A program made the position numbers and the translations under genes. A stretch of DNA of 64,000 bases, taken from NCBI GenBank assembly GCA_965202585.1, contig OZ241827.1, forward strand, positions 47,616,001-47,680,000, read 5' to 3'. This document shows, in pieces, positions 1 through 12,722 of the stretch (position 1 is its first letter; each line of letters opens with the position of its first letter). The notes beneath the pieces are model-generated. The model was not told the origin of the DNA. It saw nothing but the letters and a program-made list of their open reading frames with translations, and did no database searches. The DNA is from Thalia democratica (Eukaryota).

Positions 1-135
1 GCTGAAACAAGTTTTCATCCTGAAACTCTAGGTTGTGGCAACAAATGCACCCTACTGATTATGCATACACTTAAATAAATTTTTTAAACTCAAAGATTTT
101 TTTGTGCATACTAAAATATATAAAATTCACACTAG

Positions 136-3100
136 CTGAAAGATAATAATAAACTCAAGGTAAGTTATTTTGTAGCTGTTAACCCTGATCTTACTTAATT
201 CCGAAGTTAGCTAAAAAGTATGTTATCTATGTGTTAAACGTTCTAAATATTCTTATATTAATTTATTAAAGAAGATTTGCATCTTTGTTTAAATGACTTT
301 TCGAACAACAATGGTATAATAGTCAATAAATCAAGCGTGTTTATAATCTCCTAAATTCAATTAATTTTTATAGTTAACCCTAAACCTTCGTATAAGTTTA
401 AAATCAACAGCGTAAAAAAATAGTTTTATATTTGAACAAATTTTTTTCTAACAGTTTATACAAATGGACTACCCAGCAGTATCTTATAGGAATCAGCAGT
501 ACCCTGAACTTCCTCCAGGAACTGTTTACAATGGTCAGTTTTTTGTAAACTTAACTTTGGTATACTTTTTAACATAAACTTGTTTTTTAAGTAATAATTG
601 TTAAACTATGTTGTATGATTTTTATGCTCATAATTTATTTAAATGTTTTTAGTTTTATTCACTAGTTTAGATAAAAGTTTAAAACATTTAAATAATACCA
701 AATTTTGTCTAAGTAGATTATAAATTAATTAATCTTTTTAAAACATAAATTTTTTTTTTTTTTAGTAAGTATTTAAAGTAAATCGCATATAAAGTTCTAG
801 CCTTACAATTAACTTTTTACACATGACGATCAATAAAATATTTTATTTCACATTAGTTCTGATTAAACATATTGATACGAATTTAAAATGCATTGATTTA
901 TATCACCTACCTGGTTAATATATTACTAATCGATGTCTAATCTAAATTCATGTATGTAGTCCATCAACAGATTTTTACTTTAACTAACTTATAATTATTT
1001 ACGCACATAAAGACTACAGTACGTTAGCGGCGCAAAATAGTTTCTTTATTTCTGTAAAGTAATAAAATATGTTGATAAAAATATACAATTTATGCAGCAG
1101 CTCCGAATTTCCCACCAGTTCATGTACCCATCCCACCCCAGCAACAACAAGTAGCAGCCCAGCCTCCGCAACCTTACATGAGGACCTCGTCTGCTCAACC
1201 TCAGGTATTTTTTAATAAATAAAATTACATATACAGTAATTTTCCTGTTTAGTACGAACTTATGAACGCAGCAAAAACTTTTTTCTGTTTATTTTATTAC
1301 GAACTTTTAAACACAGCTTAAAAACAATTTTTCTTCTTTTGGCAAGCTTGTTTTGCTCCTCTAATTATGAAAGAGCTTGTTACTTAGTAAAAACTTTGAA
1401 ATACGTAAAAGGTTTTCTTTTTAATTGAAGAACTTTTTATTTAAACTTTTGATTTGCACTTGATACTTTCTACAACAATCTTTTTTGCTGAAATATGATA
1501 CTTAGTCCAGTGGTCTTCAAAGTGTGCACCAGTGCACACAAAATTTATTTTGGGGTGCACAAAACTTTTTGGGTGCACGGAATTTATTTTGGGGTTGAGA
1601 ATTGTAACTAGAAAAATTATTCAAATTTTGAAACTTACACTAGATATTCTAGAGATCGTGATGAAAAGCAAAAAAAAAGTTGTTTACAAGTGTATTTATA
1701 GCTTATTAGAAAGTTTACTTTAGATATTATGATAAATTTTTGGAAGTTACACTAGATTAGGTTTCCTAAATTAACTGGAAATTTGAAAATTATTTTAGAT
1801 ATTCGCACATTGGGGTACACAGTAATTAATTTTGCATTTTTGGGTGCACAGATTTTGATTAGCTTGAAGACCACTGCTTTAGTCCTCCATTAATGAAATT
1901 ATTTCATTCAGGGATTAGTTTAAAATAGTTTATTTAGAATTCTGTCATTGCCTTTTGGTCTTTGCCCTAGCCCCTTTTTTACTAACTATGTAAATTTGAA
2001 ATAATTTTGCTTTGTTAATATGTATACTACCAACTACAGATAAATAATTTTATACTTTGTTAGAAAAAAAAAATATGTAAAGATTTTAGTTAGATTGCTG
2101 AATAACCGTAAGAAGGAATATTCTTTATATTAAGTAAGCAGTATTTTTTCACCTTTTTGTATAACTTTTAACCTATATCTCTTAAATCACTGTATAATTT
2201 TTTTTAAACTCTAAAAGTTATTAGCAAAAAAAGTAATTTACAAAATAAGATAAATTTAAAATAATTCTAAGTTTACCCTACATATTAATTAAGTAATTCA
2301 TCATAAATACAGTAAGGTGTTAGTTTGAAGTTTATGTTTTCTTTCTACATAACATGTTAAAAATAAATGACAGTTTAATTTAAACTTAATCACAGATAAA
2401 GATTAATTATAAGTCATGGTTTTTTATTAAAAAATTAAAATCATCATGAGTCTATATTTAACACAAACTAATAAACTTGCTTAACTTTAAAATTAGACTT
2501 TAAGATGTAAACAACAAACTGTTAAGCAATTTGTTTTTAAAAATGGACTTTGTGTTTATGATTACAAGTTACTGCAAAACAAATTTGTCATTTATTAAGT
2601 GAAGGTTTGCTCTTAATTATTGTAATTTACTACTTTTTAAGATTTGATTGTTGTTTATGTATTTGTTATATTTATACTAGCTGTTATGATACTTAACTTT
2701 TTATTTTTGGTCTAGTTTAGTAAAACTACTTCAGATTTATTTAGATAATGACCTCTATATCGTAAAAGTTAATTGTTTTTATTGTATTAACATGTTTAAT
2801 TTATATCTTAAACAACGTTAAAACTAACTATTCCACCAAGATAATATTTCCGTTTGAAAAAATGGGTTAAATTATTATTGTTGATTGTTAGTATGTAAGG
2901 TTATAAAACATTTAATTCTTTATCAATGCAGCTTTTGTTTCAAAAATAAAGTTTGAGAATTGTTTTATAAACTATTTATGAAAATATTTATTATTTATTT
3001 TTTCACTATCCAAACTTTAAAAGTACTCTGCTCTCTCTATCACTGAACACTATTAACTTTTTAAGTTTTTTGTTAATTTATTTAGAATCTAACTAAGGCT

Positions 3101-3971
3101 ACCACTCTCTTTTAAATTTTCAACTGCGTTAAAATGTCTAAAGTTTTTAATATTAGAGTAAGTATCCTTTACGCATAGTTTCTAAATACTTAATGAAAAT
3201 GAAGCTGAAAAAATCTAAAAAAGAATAACTGAGGCAAGCATTTTTGGTTGAGTAAAAGTTAATTTTCTTTTTAAATGTTACTGGCATTGTAAACCAAAAC
3301 GTATGAATAACTAAAACTAATATAGTTTATTTTGAAATATACAAAACAGTAACACCTAATCAGCAATATAATAACCAGGTGATGCCGCAGCCGCCCCCAC
3401 ATATGATTCTTCAACCGCATCATCCCTCGCATCACCACCAGATGGTGCCACAGCACATCGCCGCAGGGTTCGTAAATTTTTTCAATCTTTTAATCATTTG
3501 CACATTCAATAAACCTCAACATTGCATTTCAACAGCGGGCAGCCAGTGTACACGCCGACCGCTCAACAACCGGTAGTCATGGTTGCAAGGCAACATCCGG
3601 GTCCGTCGCAGGGCGGGATGATGCAGCAGGGACAGCACCCCCAACCTTCGCCGTCGGCAGGGTCTGCGTACATCCACCAATCAGCAGTGCATCACCAGAT
3701 GGCGCCACCACAGCAACCCCAAGCAGGTCCGCCACAGCAGCAGTACATTCAGCAGCAACACAACATGAGCTGTTAGTTGCAACGTTCAAGTTGTTGTTTG
3801 GTAACTTAAAATTTTCAGTTTTGTTTAAGCAAAAACTAAACTAGTCATAAACGATACGAATATAACATACTAGTTTTATTACTTTTTTTTTTCTTTTTTT
3901 TGTATTAAGGTCTGAATAATTTACAAGGGCCCTCAAACAACGGAGGTCAGAGTTACCCAGCGACCCACTAA
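136..3971 (+). CDS. 3' part of a multi-exon gene for a Gln/Pro/His-rich low-complexity protein (C-terminus loosely ataxin-2-like); 5' part lies upstream of the window
   Basis: Phase-consistent GT-AG exons 455-533, 1098-1204, 3379-3467, 3536-3771 and 3910-3971 (TAA), plus a possible 24-nt exon at 136-159. Translation: FIQMDYPAVSYRNQQYPELPPGTVYN-AAPNFPPVHVPIPPQQQQVAAQPPQPY...VMPQPPPHMILQPHHPSHHHQM...QPVVMVARQHPGPSQGGMMQQ...CLNNLQGPSNNGGQSYPATH*. The family assignment is weak because the sequence is low complexity. Confidence 0.8.
1508..1876. mobile_element. hAT-type MITE (369 bp)
   Basis: Perfect 13-bp TIRs cagtggtcttcaa/ttgaagaccactg. The 8-bp flanks acttagtc and ctttagtc match at 6/8. Subterminal ggggtgcac repeats. 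Confidence 0.8.
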
Positions 3972-5024
3972 GAAGAAGTACGAAAGTGAAAACTGGAAAC
4001 TATTTGAGCTGGATGCTATATTAGTAGTAATATTATAGATGAATATTGAGCGTTAATTTATTATTTTCCAAGTCTTAACTTGATTTTTTTTTGCAAAAGT
4101 TCGAACTGGGTTTATTAGAATTAGGTTAATTTATTTTTTAAAAACATACTTAGATTTATTATTTAAAAACAACAAAATAATTTTATACTCTACAGTTTTT
4201 CATAAAGTTAACTTTTGAAGTCTTTTAGCAATAGGTAAACTTGACGTTAATGACAACTAAATTCTAATTTTATAATAGATACATATATTTTTTAAACTAT
4301 TTATAAATTTGACATTGACACTAATTTTAGTTTCTAATTTATTTTTATTAATTTAGATTTTGTGTTTATATTTAATATACATAAAGTATTAGTTTTTATT
4401 ATACCAAGAACTTATTGATGAAATAATTATGATTGATTTTGGCATAGTTAAGAAATGTACTTATTTTGGTAGCTTTTGTGTGTAAGTTATTCAAAACACA
4501 ACTTTTACCTAGATTTAATGAGTTCTAGATCCATTTCAATTGAAGTACTTAAGTTTTTATTTAAAACTTTTTTTTGAATTTTTAACAAAAAATTTTCTTT
4601 ACAATTTTGAAATTTCTTAATAACAAAAAATAATAACTTATAATTAGAATGTTCTGATAAAAAAACTTTAAATTAAAGTTACACTTTGATGATTATTTAT
4701 TTGTTATATAATTTTCATAAAAACAATAAAAATAAATATTAAAACCCAAATGTTTTGTCTAATTTATACTCAAGTAGGTCTCAGAAAAAATAACATATTT
4801 ATTTGGTTGCTTCTCGTATTTAACATTTATACTTAATTTTAACTTAAAATTGCATAATAACAATCAATATGTATTTTAGTATACTTAATCAAAATGATTA
4901 TAAAGGAAATTTTTGCAACTAAGGATTTATTAACTCTACAAAATGATTCAGTGATTGGTTTTAACATCAACTTCTTACTGCAAATTTCTGTAAAATCATT
5001 TTCGCATTACAGTGTGACTAATTA

Positions 5025-5359
5025 CAAGGTTGCCACTTTACCTGGAAAAACCTGGAATTTGACAGACAATTTAGGCAAAAAAAAAAGCTTGAAAAACCTG
5101 TAATTTTAACAATTTTCACATGTTATGTAGTAAAATTTCGATATGACTCAAAGTTTCTACCATATATATAAAAAAAATTGTCATCATCAAAAAGTCTTTT
5201 TACTTAAAAATATATTTGAAGTAGCTTTACAGTATCTTTTCAATGACTTTATAGTTTTTAACACAGTTTCTTACCTTAAACTTAACTTTATACAAAAAAT
5301 AGACCCAAAAATGTGTACTTTAAAAAACCTGGAAAATTTTTTGAAAAAACGAGTGGCAA
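5025..5359. mobile_element. Non-autonomous DNA transposon remnant with CA(A/G)GGTTGCCA-type ends
   Basis: Left end caaggttgccact and a truncated right end gagtggcaa, with internal acctggaa repeats. Homologous inverted fragments occur at ~26687-26826 and ~35633-35790. Confidence 0.65.
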
Positions 5360-5417
5360 TAAGAACGGCTATCCTGAAGAGTTGCAAGAATATTAATGGT
5401 GTGCCGATGGGTTTACT

Positions 5418-5937
5418 ATCATTTCTAACTCGCTATCATTTCTAACCCGATCACTTCTAACCCGATCACTTCTAACCCGATCACTTCTAACCCGATCACT
5501 TCTAACCCGATCACTTCTAACCCGATCACTTCTAACCCGATCACTTCTAACCCGATCACTTCTAACCCGATCATTTCTAACCCGATCATTTCTAACACGA
5601 TCACTTCTAACCCGATCACTTCTAACCCGATCATTTCTAACCCAATAATTTCTAACCCGATCAATTCTAACTCGATTACTTCTAACCCGATCACTTCTAA
5701 CCCGATCATTTCTAACCCAATCACTTCTAACCCAATCACTTCTAACCCGATAATTTCTAACCCGATCACTTCTAACCTGATCATTTCTAACCCGGTCGTT
5801 TCTAACCCGATTTAACCCGATCATTTCTAACCCGATCATTTCTAACCCGATCATATCTAACCCGATCATTTCTAGCCTGATCATATCTAACCCGATCTTT
5901 TTTAACCCGATCTAACCCGACAAATACTAACCCGATC
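5418..5937 (+). repeat. 15-bp tandem minisatellite (tctaacccgatcact), roughly 34 units; left arm of the foldback element
   Basis: Tandem units are directly visible and explain the repetitive ORFs 5393-5884 and 5425-5784. Confidence 0.97.
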
Positions 5938-8196
5938 TGTATCAATATATTTGTTAATTATTCTTTTAAAATAACGATTTGTTTTAAAAACAAATTAATC
6001 TCAACAAGTTAGTTTTTTTATTTAAATTTAGTTAGTTTTGTTTAAAATAAAACTTAATGTTCAGATAGCTTTTGCTAAAATTAAGTTTTTGATATTCATT
6101 GCTATTGGAAGTTTGTTATCCTACGCTAGACTCAGGCATCAAAATCTGGGCCACTTAAACTGAATGACACTTAACAAAGAGACGCATTTTATATACTCAA
6201 AAATCATAAACTATAGTTTTATCTAATATTTATAGATATTCAGCAAAATAATTTAAATTTTAAGTATAATATTAATCGACTAATTTATGATTTGAAGGAG
6301 AAGGTTTTTAACAAATTTGGTTTTGACTCCATAATAAGCAAGTTTAACATCAATTTTTTCATCGATCAGTGAGTTTCAATAAAACCAAAAACAGTTGCAC
6401 AATCTTTCAATTTAGAATTAATTTCTGATTTCTTTTCAACAAAAAAAAACATTCTTTTAAAATTTCAGCAACACATATTGAGACGATTTAGTAAATTATT
6501 TCAATGATTTTAGTGCAGCAATCAGCAAAATAGTCTGAATTACGCACTTCTTTATTAAAAGAAGGTTCATGGTTACTTTTGTAAAATTCTTTTAGAACAT
6601 ACTAGAATGTCAGAATTCAAACAAACTACAAAAGTTCATGAATAAAACTTATTCTTGTTCAAAAATCAGCCGAATATACACATCTTGACATTTAGAGTTA
6701 GGTTCTTTACATTTGTGCAACCGTTTGGTATTACATTGTTTTTTTATAAATTATTTTTGTCGCTTTGCCAAACCATAATCGACACAATTAAAATAAACAT
6801 TATTTAAACTAAGGTACAGACAATTGTGAAAAAAAATAAAAAATTTAAGTGCATTGACTAACCACTAAATTTAAATTCCGAAGCACATTAGGAAGGTTAA
6901 AATAAGTATCGAAAATATTGAAAAACCTTATATTATTTACAGAGGAAAGGCGCTGCTAATAAAATCAAACTATAGAGTTACCTAAGTTCTACAATTATAT
7001 CAATGGTTTATGCTGGTTTATTTTCGTTAGGTTTATAAATCAGTGGTTTATTTTCGTCGTGATTAATTATTTAAATAAAGTTAAAAGTGGATTATCAATT
7101 AACTGTAGTTAACCAGTTTTAAAAAGCATTAGGGCAATTATAAGTCTTCTGTATTCTAAAGATAAAGTACTAAGTTTTGATAGTCGTCAATGTAAGAAAT
7201 ATAATGAGTTTTGCAGCCTTTAAAGACTACTCCGTACTTTTTCTTTTAAGAGATTCTATATGGTTAATATACATATTATAAGTATGGAGACCAGATTGGT
7301 AAGTTGCATTCAAATTTAAGGCGAATTTATATAAAATGCAACTTTTTAAGAATATTAATATCAGTATATATGAAACTAGTAATAATACAGTTAATAAAAT
7401 TTATTAATCGTAATCAGTATGGTGGTTTCAATTAAAGTTATCGTTATTAAAATCTAGGTTTTTAAAACGAAAGTGTATACTGTTTAAAAAGTCAAAAGTA
7501 GAGGTAGACGTTTTTGAATATTTAGAACCCGTCATTTACTAGAACTAAAATTCAATTTTCTTTCTTTTAGCCAATGGTAAATTTTATTTAAAGATTAAAT
7601 AAGATATATTATATAATAAACTTAACTATAAAAGTTAAGTGTCGAAAACTTATTATTTTGCTTTTTTTTTATTCAAAATATGATGTATATAGAGAAAAAT
7701 AAATTTACATTTATCATATTTAACTAAAAGTTCAAAATTGAAAATTGCAAAAATAGTTTCACACAATTAATAATAAAAACTTCTTTAAAAAATTTCTTGA
7801 CATCTCTTAAAAGTTATTGTTTCACAGGTTTCCAAAAACACAAGAACTTAAGATTACTCAGCGATAATTAGATATGAAATATGAGTATAAGTTACTTGAT
7901 TAATTTATATATTTTTAAAATTTATAATAAAATAATAAAATTTGTTTGTATTGTGAAACTCTAACATAGGTTTCTAGAAAATTAGAGGTGCAAAAATCGC
8001 ATTTAGAAATTTAGAGCTGCAAAAAAACACCGAGAATAAAGTCAATAGACTTCAAGCTGGCTTTACTGTATTGAATAAAAAGTAAATATGTTGCTTGTAA
8101 TAATTGTCTGAGAAAATAGTTGATTAGAGGAAACAAATAACTTGATGTAGTTTTTATAAACTTCTGCTCCTAGTTATACTTAATTTAACTATAGTT

Positions 8197-8337
8197 AAAG
8201 GGTTGATCATGCCAATTCGATCATCAGACAACAAGTTTCGGTAGACTGAGACCGGTTTCGTCCTCGTTAAGGACGAAACCGGTCTCAGTCTACCGAAACT
8301 TGTTGTCTGATGATCGAATTGGCATGATCAACCCTTT
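8197..8337. repeat. Perfect 68-bp inverted repeat (hairpin) with a 5-nt loop, part of a 212-bp dispersed element at 8199-8410
   Basis: Arms 8197-8264 and 8270-8337 are exact reverse complements; the loop is cgtta. The element is flanked by ttaactatagttaa at 8185-8198 and 8411-8424. Confidence 0.95.
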
Positions 8338-9486
8338 TGTTAAATTTGAGCTTGTCTCACGGCAAACGAAAGTCCGGACTTGTTCTGCAGACTTTCGCCG
8401 ATTTTGTTGATTAACTATAGTTAATTTATTACTCTATTTCAAAAATTTTTTCAGTACTTATTTCGTTTACACTTACGTTATTTCAACTGTTCATAATAAA
8501 GTAAATTTTAAAGGAATTATTGTCTACTAAAGTATTAATTTAAGTCGTAATTAAAACATTTTGTATGTTGTATAGATTTAAATGAAGGTTTTAAAAAAGA
8601 TTACCTGGGCGAGATTTGATTAACCTCTGACTTGTTATACAAATAAACATGTCTGTTTAATTGTTAGTGACTTTTTTTGCTTTAAGACTTAGTAGGAATT
8701 TATTAATGATGTGAAATCAAGACGGTCAATCGACATAACATATTTTTGCTGTTTGTTATACGACATAACTGTTTTGATATCTAGGTTATACCTAAAAATC
8801 AGGATTTTTCACTTAATATAACAAAAGTATTTAATTTCTACTAGTGTTTGTTTGAACTCCATTATCTAAATAGGCTTATGCAAGTTGTATAACAATTTGT
8901 AAAAGTTATTAAAATGAAACTTAAAAATAACCTACTATAAAGCGCTAATACATTAATCAGAAATGATACAACATTTACAACAGACTTACATTGTAGTTTT
9001 TAGACCGTAATATAACGGTTTTTGTCTCTGAATATTACAATTTTAAAGGTTTGCTTTTTAAAATTTGCTTATTATAAAATTATTATAGTCACGGGAATTA
9101 TTATAAGATTCATCTTAAATATAGTTATAACTGCTAAAGTCCTACAAACAATAGTTCAAAATATTGAAAAGTAAACGATTTAGGGAATTGTATATTATTA
9201 ACGAAAAGCGTCTGTTAAAGTAGATTGAAAGAACAAAAAAATATGAAATAATGAAAAAAATTGAAATTATGTGTAGGATGAAATATAAATAATAAGGTGA
9301 TAAAAATAAATTAAACTCATGTTTAGTTAATACTAAAGTTAAGGATTATACTAACAATGTTTTTTACGTAACACATTAAAATCATAATATTTTAAAGAAA
9401 AAAAAAATATTTTAATAATTTTATAAAGACTAGTTAGTTTTTAAAGAAATCTAGATTAAAATTAAGAAATAAAACAAAGAAGTAGA

Positions 9487-9802
9487 ATGGGTTAGAAATG
9501 ATCAGGTTAGAAGTGATTGGGTTAGAAGTGATCGGGTTAGAAATGATTGGGGTAAATCGGGTTAGAAATAATCGGGTTAGAAATGATCTTGTTTGAAATG
9601 ATCTTGTTTGAAATGATCGGGTTAGAAGTGATCAGGTTAGATATGATCGGGTTAGATATAATCGGGCTAGAAGTGATCGGGTAAGAAACGATCGGGTTAG
9701 AAGTGATCGGGTTAGAAGTGATCGGGTTAGAAATGATCGGGTTAGAAATGATCGGGTTAGAAGTGAACGGGTTAGAAATGATAGCGGGTTAGAAATTATC
9801 GG
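9487..9802 (-). repeat. Same 15-bp minisatellite in inverted orientation (gggttagaagtgatc), roughly 21 units; right arm
   Basis: Reverse complement of the 5418-5937 array, including the variant outermost unit cgctatcatt. Confidence 0.97.
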
Positions 9803-11019
9803 CTCCCGTGCCGATGGCATGATTTGAAAAAAAAAGTTTTTAGAAAAAAATATTTTACCACTTGAAACAGATAATAAAATAAACATTCTCTAAATTTTTC
9901 TAAGATGGATTTACAAATTAACAAACATTTTTGTAAACTCGAAGGATTAAAATTCTTTCCAATAGGTATGTATTAGCTTTTACCTTTCTAATATGCGTTA
10001 GTTTATACATCCCGCTCTGCGGTGTCGCGCTTTGAAGTTACAAACATGAGATACTAGAAGGTTATCTTCGCCAAAAGAGTAATATAACATCGACATCATC
10101 AAATGAAGTTTAACTTCTATAAAGTAGATAACAAAACTAAACATATCTATCTAGGAACCAAACGCCGTGAGTTCCTATCGGAAGAATTATTTTGTCGAGA
10201 CTGTTGGTCGTTACTTTATCTTTTCTATAGTTAGTACTTTTTATAGTTTTTACTTATAAATTGATTTATTATTACATATTTAATATATCACAATTTTATT
10301 AATTAAGTAATTTAAAAAGATTCTAGGTGTGTTATAGTTTAAAACTTAAGAAAATAAGTTACTTATAAGTAAGACCTGTAACTAGACTTCTAATTTTAGT
10401 ATTACAATCCACTCGAAAATTAGGCACGCAGTTTATTTAAGATTACATATTAAGTCCACAACTAAATATCTTTATCTAACGTTTTAACCCGTAAAAACAC
10501 TCAACGTGTTTGCAAGGGGAAACTTTTTTTTTTAATAACTTGTTAAGCTATTAACTGCATAAAATTATGCTGTTAGTTTTAATAAAAGTATTGACACTTT
10601 AAGTTTTCATTATATCAATTTAAACTTGGATAACTTTTATAATAAGATTACTTTAACAGAGAACTAAAATACTTTGTTTCTCTTCCGTCATTTATGGATA
10701 TCTACCGTTTAATATTTAAAACTAATCTACTTTTTTAACTCAAATGGATAGACTTTACAAAAGGATCCATATCTTACAAATCCAAGATCCAGATCTAACC
10801 TTTTATGCTTTATTTTAATAATAGGTCCAAATAAAAAGAAACTCTAGTATACTTTTAAAAATGTTTAACTAATTGTAAAGTAGAACTAAAAGATACAAAC
10901 TAACCATCAATCATAAAAAATTACAGTATTAGTACTTATGTATATAAAAAGTGAGCTACGAATATTGTAGATTAACACATACTTTATTTAATTTTTCTTT
11001 GGTAAAGATAATATTATAT

Positions 11020-11140
11020 TGTTTATTATTAAATATTTGGTCCTTAAATATTTGGTCCAAGGACCTGGTGTACGTAAAAATCTTTCGGTTATCGAGTCAT
11101 ACACCAGGATACAGTTTAAAGTCATGTCCAGGACAAAACA
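11020..11140 (+). repeat. ~125-bp dispersed repeat, copy 1 of 4 (others at 38030-38148, 47262-47370, 52940-53070)
   Basis: Shared blocks tggtccaaggacctggtg...ctttcggttatcgagtc...cacacca...gtccaggac in all copies, all on the + strand. Confidence 0.85.
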
Positions 11141-12722
11141 CACAAACATTCAACTAAAAACGCAGTTTATTTATAATAATCTTCTCCTTCCTTACATGAA
11201 AAAACTCTTATTTTTAAAGTGTTGTATTAAATTGGGTATACTAACATTTACCACCCGCGCAAAATTTCTACCCGTACGATTCACACCCAATTAACTTCCA
11301 TCCGAATCAATTCCCACTCGATCGATCAATTCCAACCGAAGTTGTTCGTCAATTTTGCAAGGATTTTTTTTTGCATGGTGTCATTTTTATACGGGTCGTC
11401 ACTTTTGAACGAGTTTTCGTTATTGCATGACGTCACTTTTGAACAAGTTGTCACTTTTGCACAGATAACATTTTTGCACAGTTTAAAACTAGGTCAAATA
11501 AAACTATATTCAAAATAAATGAAACTAAGTTGAATTTAAACTTCATCAACCTTAAAAAAATCAAATGAATATTTAACTATATATTGTTTTCTACTATACA
11601 AAGACTTAAGTTTATTTAAAATAAAATGTATTAAAATCAACATAAACTTTTAAAATTATTTATTACTTATTAAAATTAGTTTTTCGATAAAGTATTTAAA
11701 AAAAATTTTTAAATTACAAAACCTTTGCTTGTTTAATTTTTTTAAACTTTTTTAATAGCAATCAATGTAAAAGTAGGACTTTTATTTGTATTAAACTCAA
11801 AAATACAATATAGGATACATAGACGCACAAAAAAAACGCACGAACCAGGATTTTTGACAATGATGTTAGATTGAAAAACTTATTTTGGTAAAGTAAAACA
11901 ACAGAACTGATATTTTTACTTACTTTTAGCTAGCTTAGCATTAAAGTAGTTTTAGTCCTCTTATTTTTAAAAATATTTAACTTATTATTACAGCTTAAAA
12001 ATTTACTTTAACTTGTATGTTAATGCACTTTACAACTTTTTATACTTAATTTAAAACTGTTAGTGCAAGTTATTATTTTAACACAAAAGTAAATTTTAGT
12101 CTAAAAAATAGTTTTAAGTATTTTAGTTTATAAATAATTACCATGTATCGCGTGTAAGTGCAGTTTTAAGCATTAAACTACTATTTTATTACACATTTTT
12201 TGCCAATATTTGTGTGTTTACGTTGTTATACATTTTATTATAATTAATTTATGTCTTACAAGCTTAATCTACCGTACAACTTAGAAGTTATTTGATGTAG
12301 AATACAATATAACTTTTGTTTAAATTTGGTATCAGATCTTTCAATTACATTTTTAACACTGGTTTCGAAACAAATATATTTTAGGATTTACTTGATTGTA
12401 CGTAGACTTTAAAAATCTTTTACTTTGTTCTGAAACACAAGTGATGTATCTCCAAATATTATAGTTTCAAAACTGCTGGGAACTTCTCAGGTCCGTATAT
12501 ATTAGGTTTTTTAAGTTATTATCATGTGATTTTAGCTTTCTCTTTATTAAATCTAATTGGTATGCATTTTTTACTAGAATATCTTTTATTCTCTCTATCC
12601 CAGAATGAAGAAGTTTTTTAGAACAGATCTTGTAGGCTCTATTATATATTGTTTTTATTAAGTTTAATTTTCGCTATTAAAATAATTGTAATGTAAACAT
12701 TGCCCAGTGAATGTGCGAAAAT

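Larger units (their letters stand above)
5410..9807. mobile_element. Foldback/Mutator-like element (~4.4 kb) with inverted minisatellite arms
   Basis: Direct repeat gtgccgatg(g) at 5401-5409/10 and 9808-9816/17 flanks two oppositely oriented 15-mer arrays. Both termini start GG and align (ggtttactatcatttctaac vs gggagccgataatttctaac). Confidence 0.75.

Noticed and set aside
5393-5884. Repetitive ORFs (IGLEV.../DRVRS...) and 9632-9886
   Set aside because: Translations of the 15-bp minisatellite, whose unit is a multiple of 3; no coding evidence.
5418-5937. Array as a CRISPR locus
   Set aside because: Head-to-tail 15-mers without unique spacers, no cas genes, eukaryotic context.
8270-8337. 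Hammerhead ribozyme (CTGATGA, GAAAC and GTC motifs present)
   Set aside because: The motifs are not in a valid topology: no CTGANGA directly precedes the ggt-ctcagtct-acc stem, and no stem II closes after CTGATGA.
10000-10175. CpG-containing patch with a gtgagt donor at ~10168
   Set aside because: No supportable ORF or downstream partner exon; might be a UTR exon or promoter, but cannot be shown.
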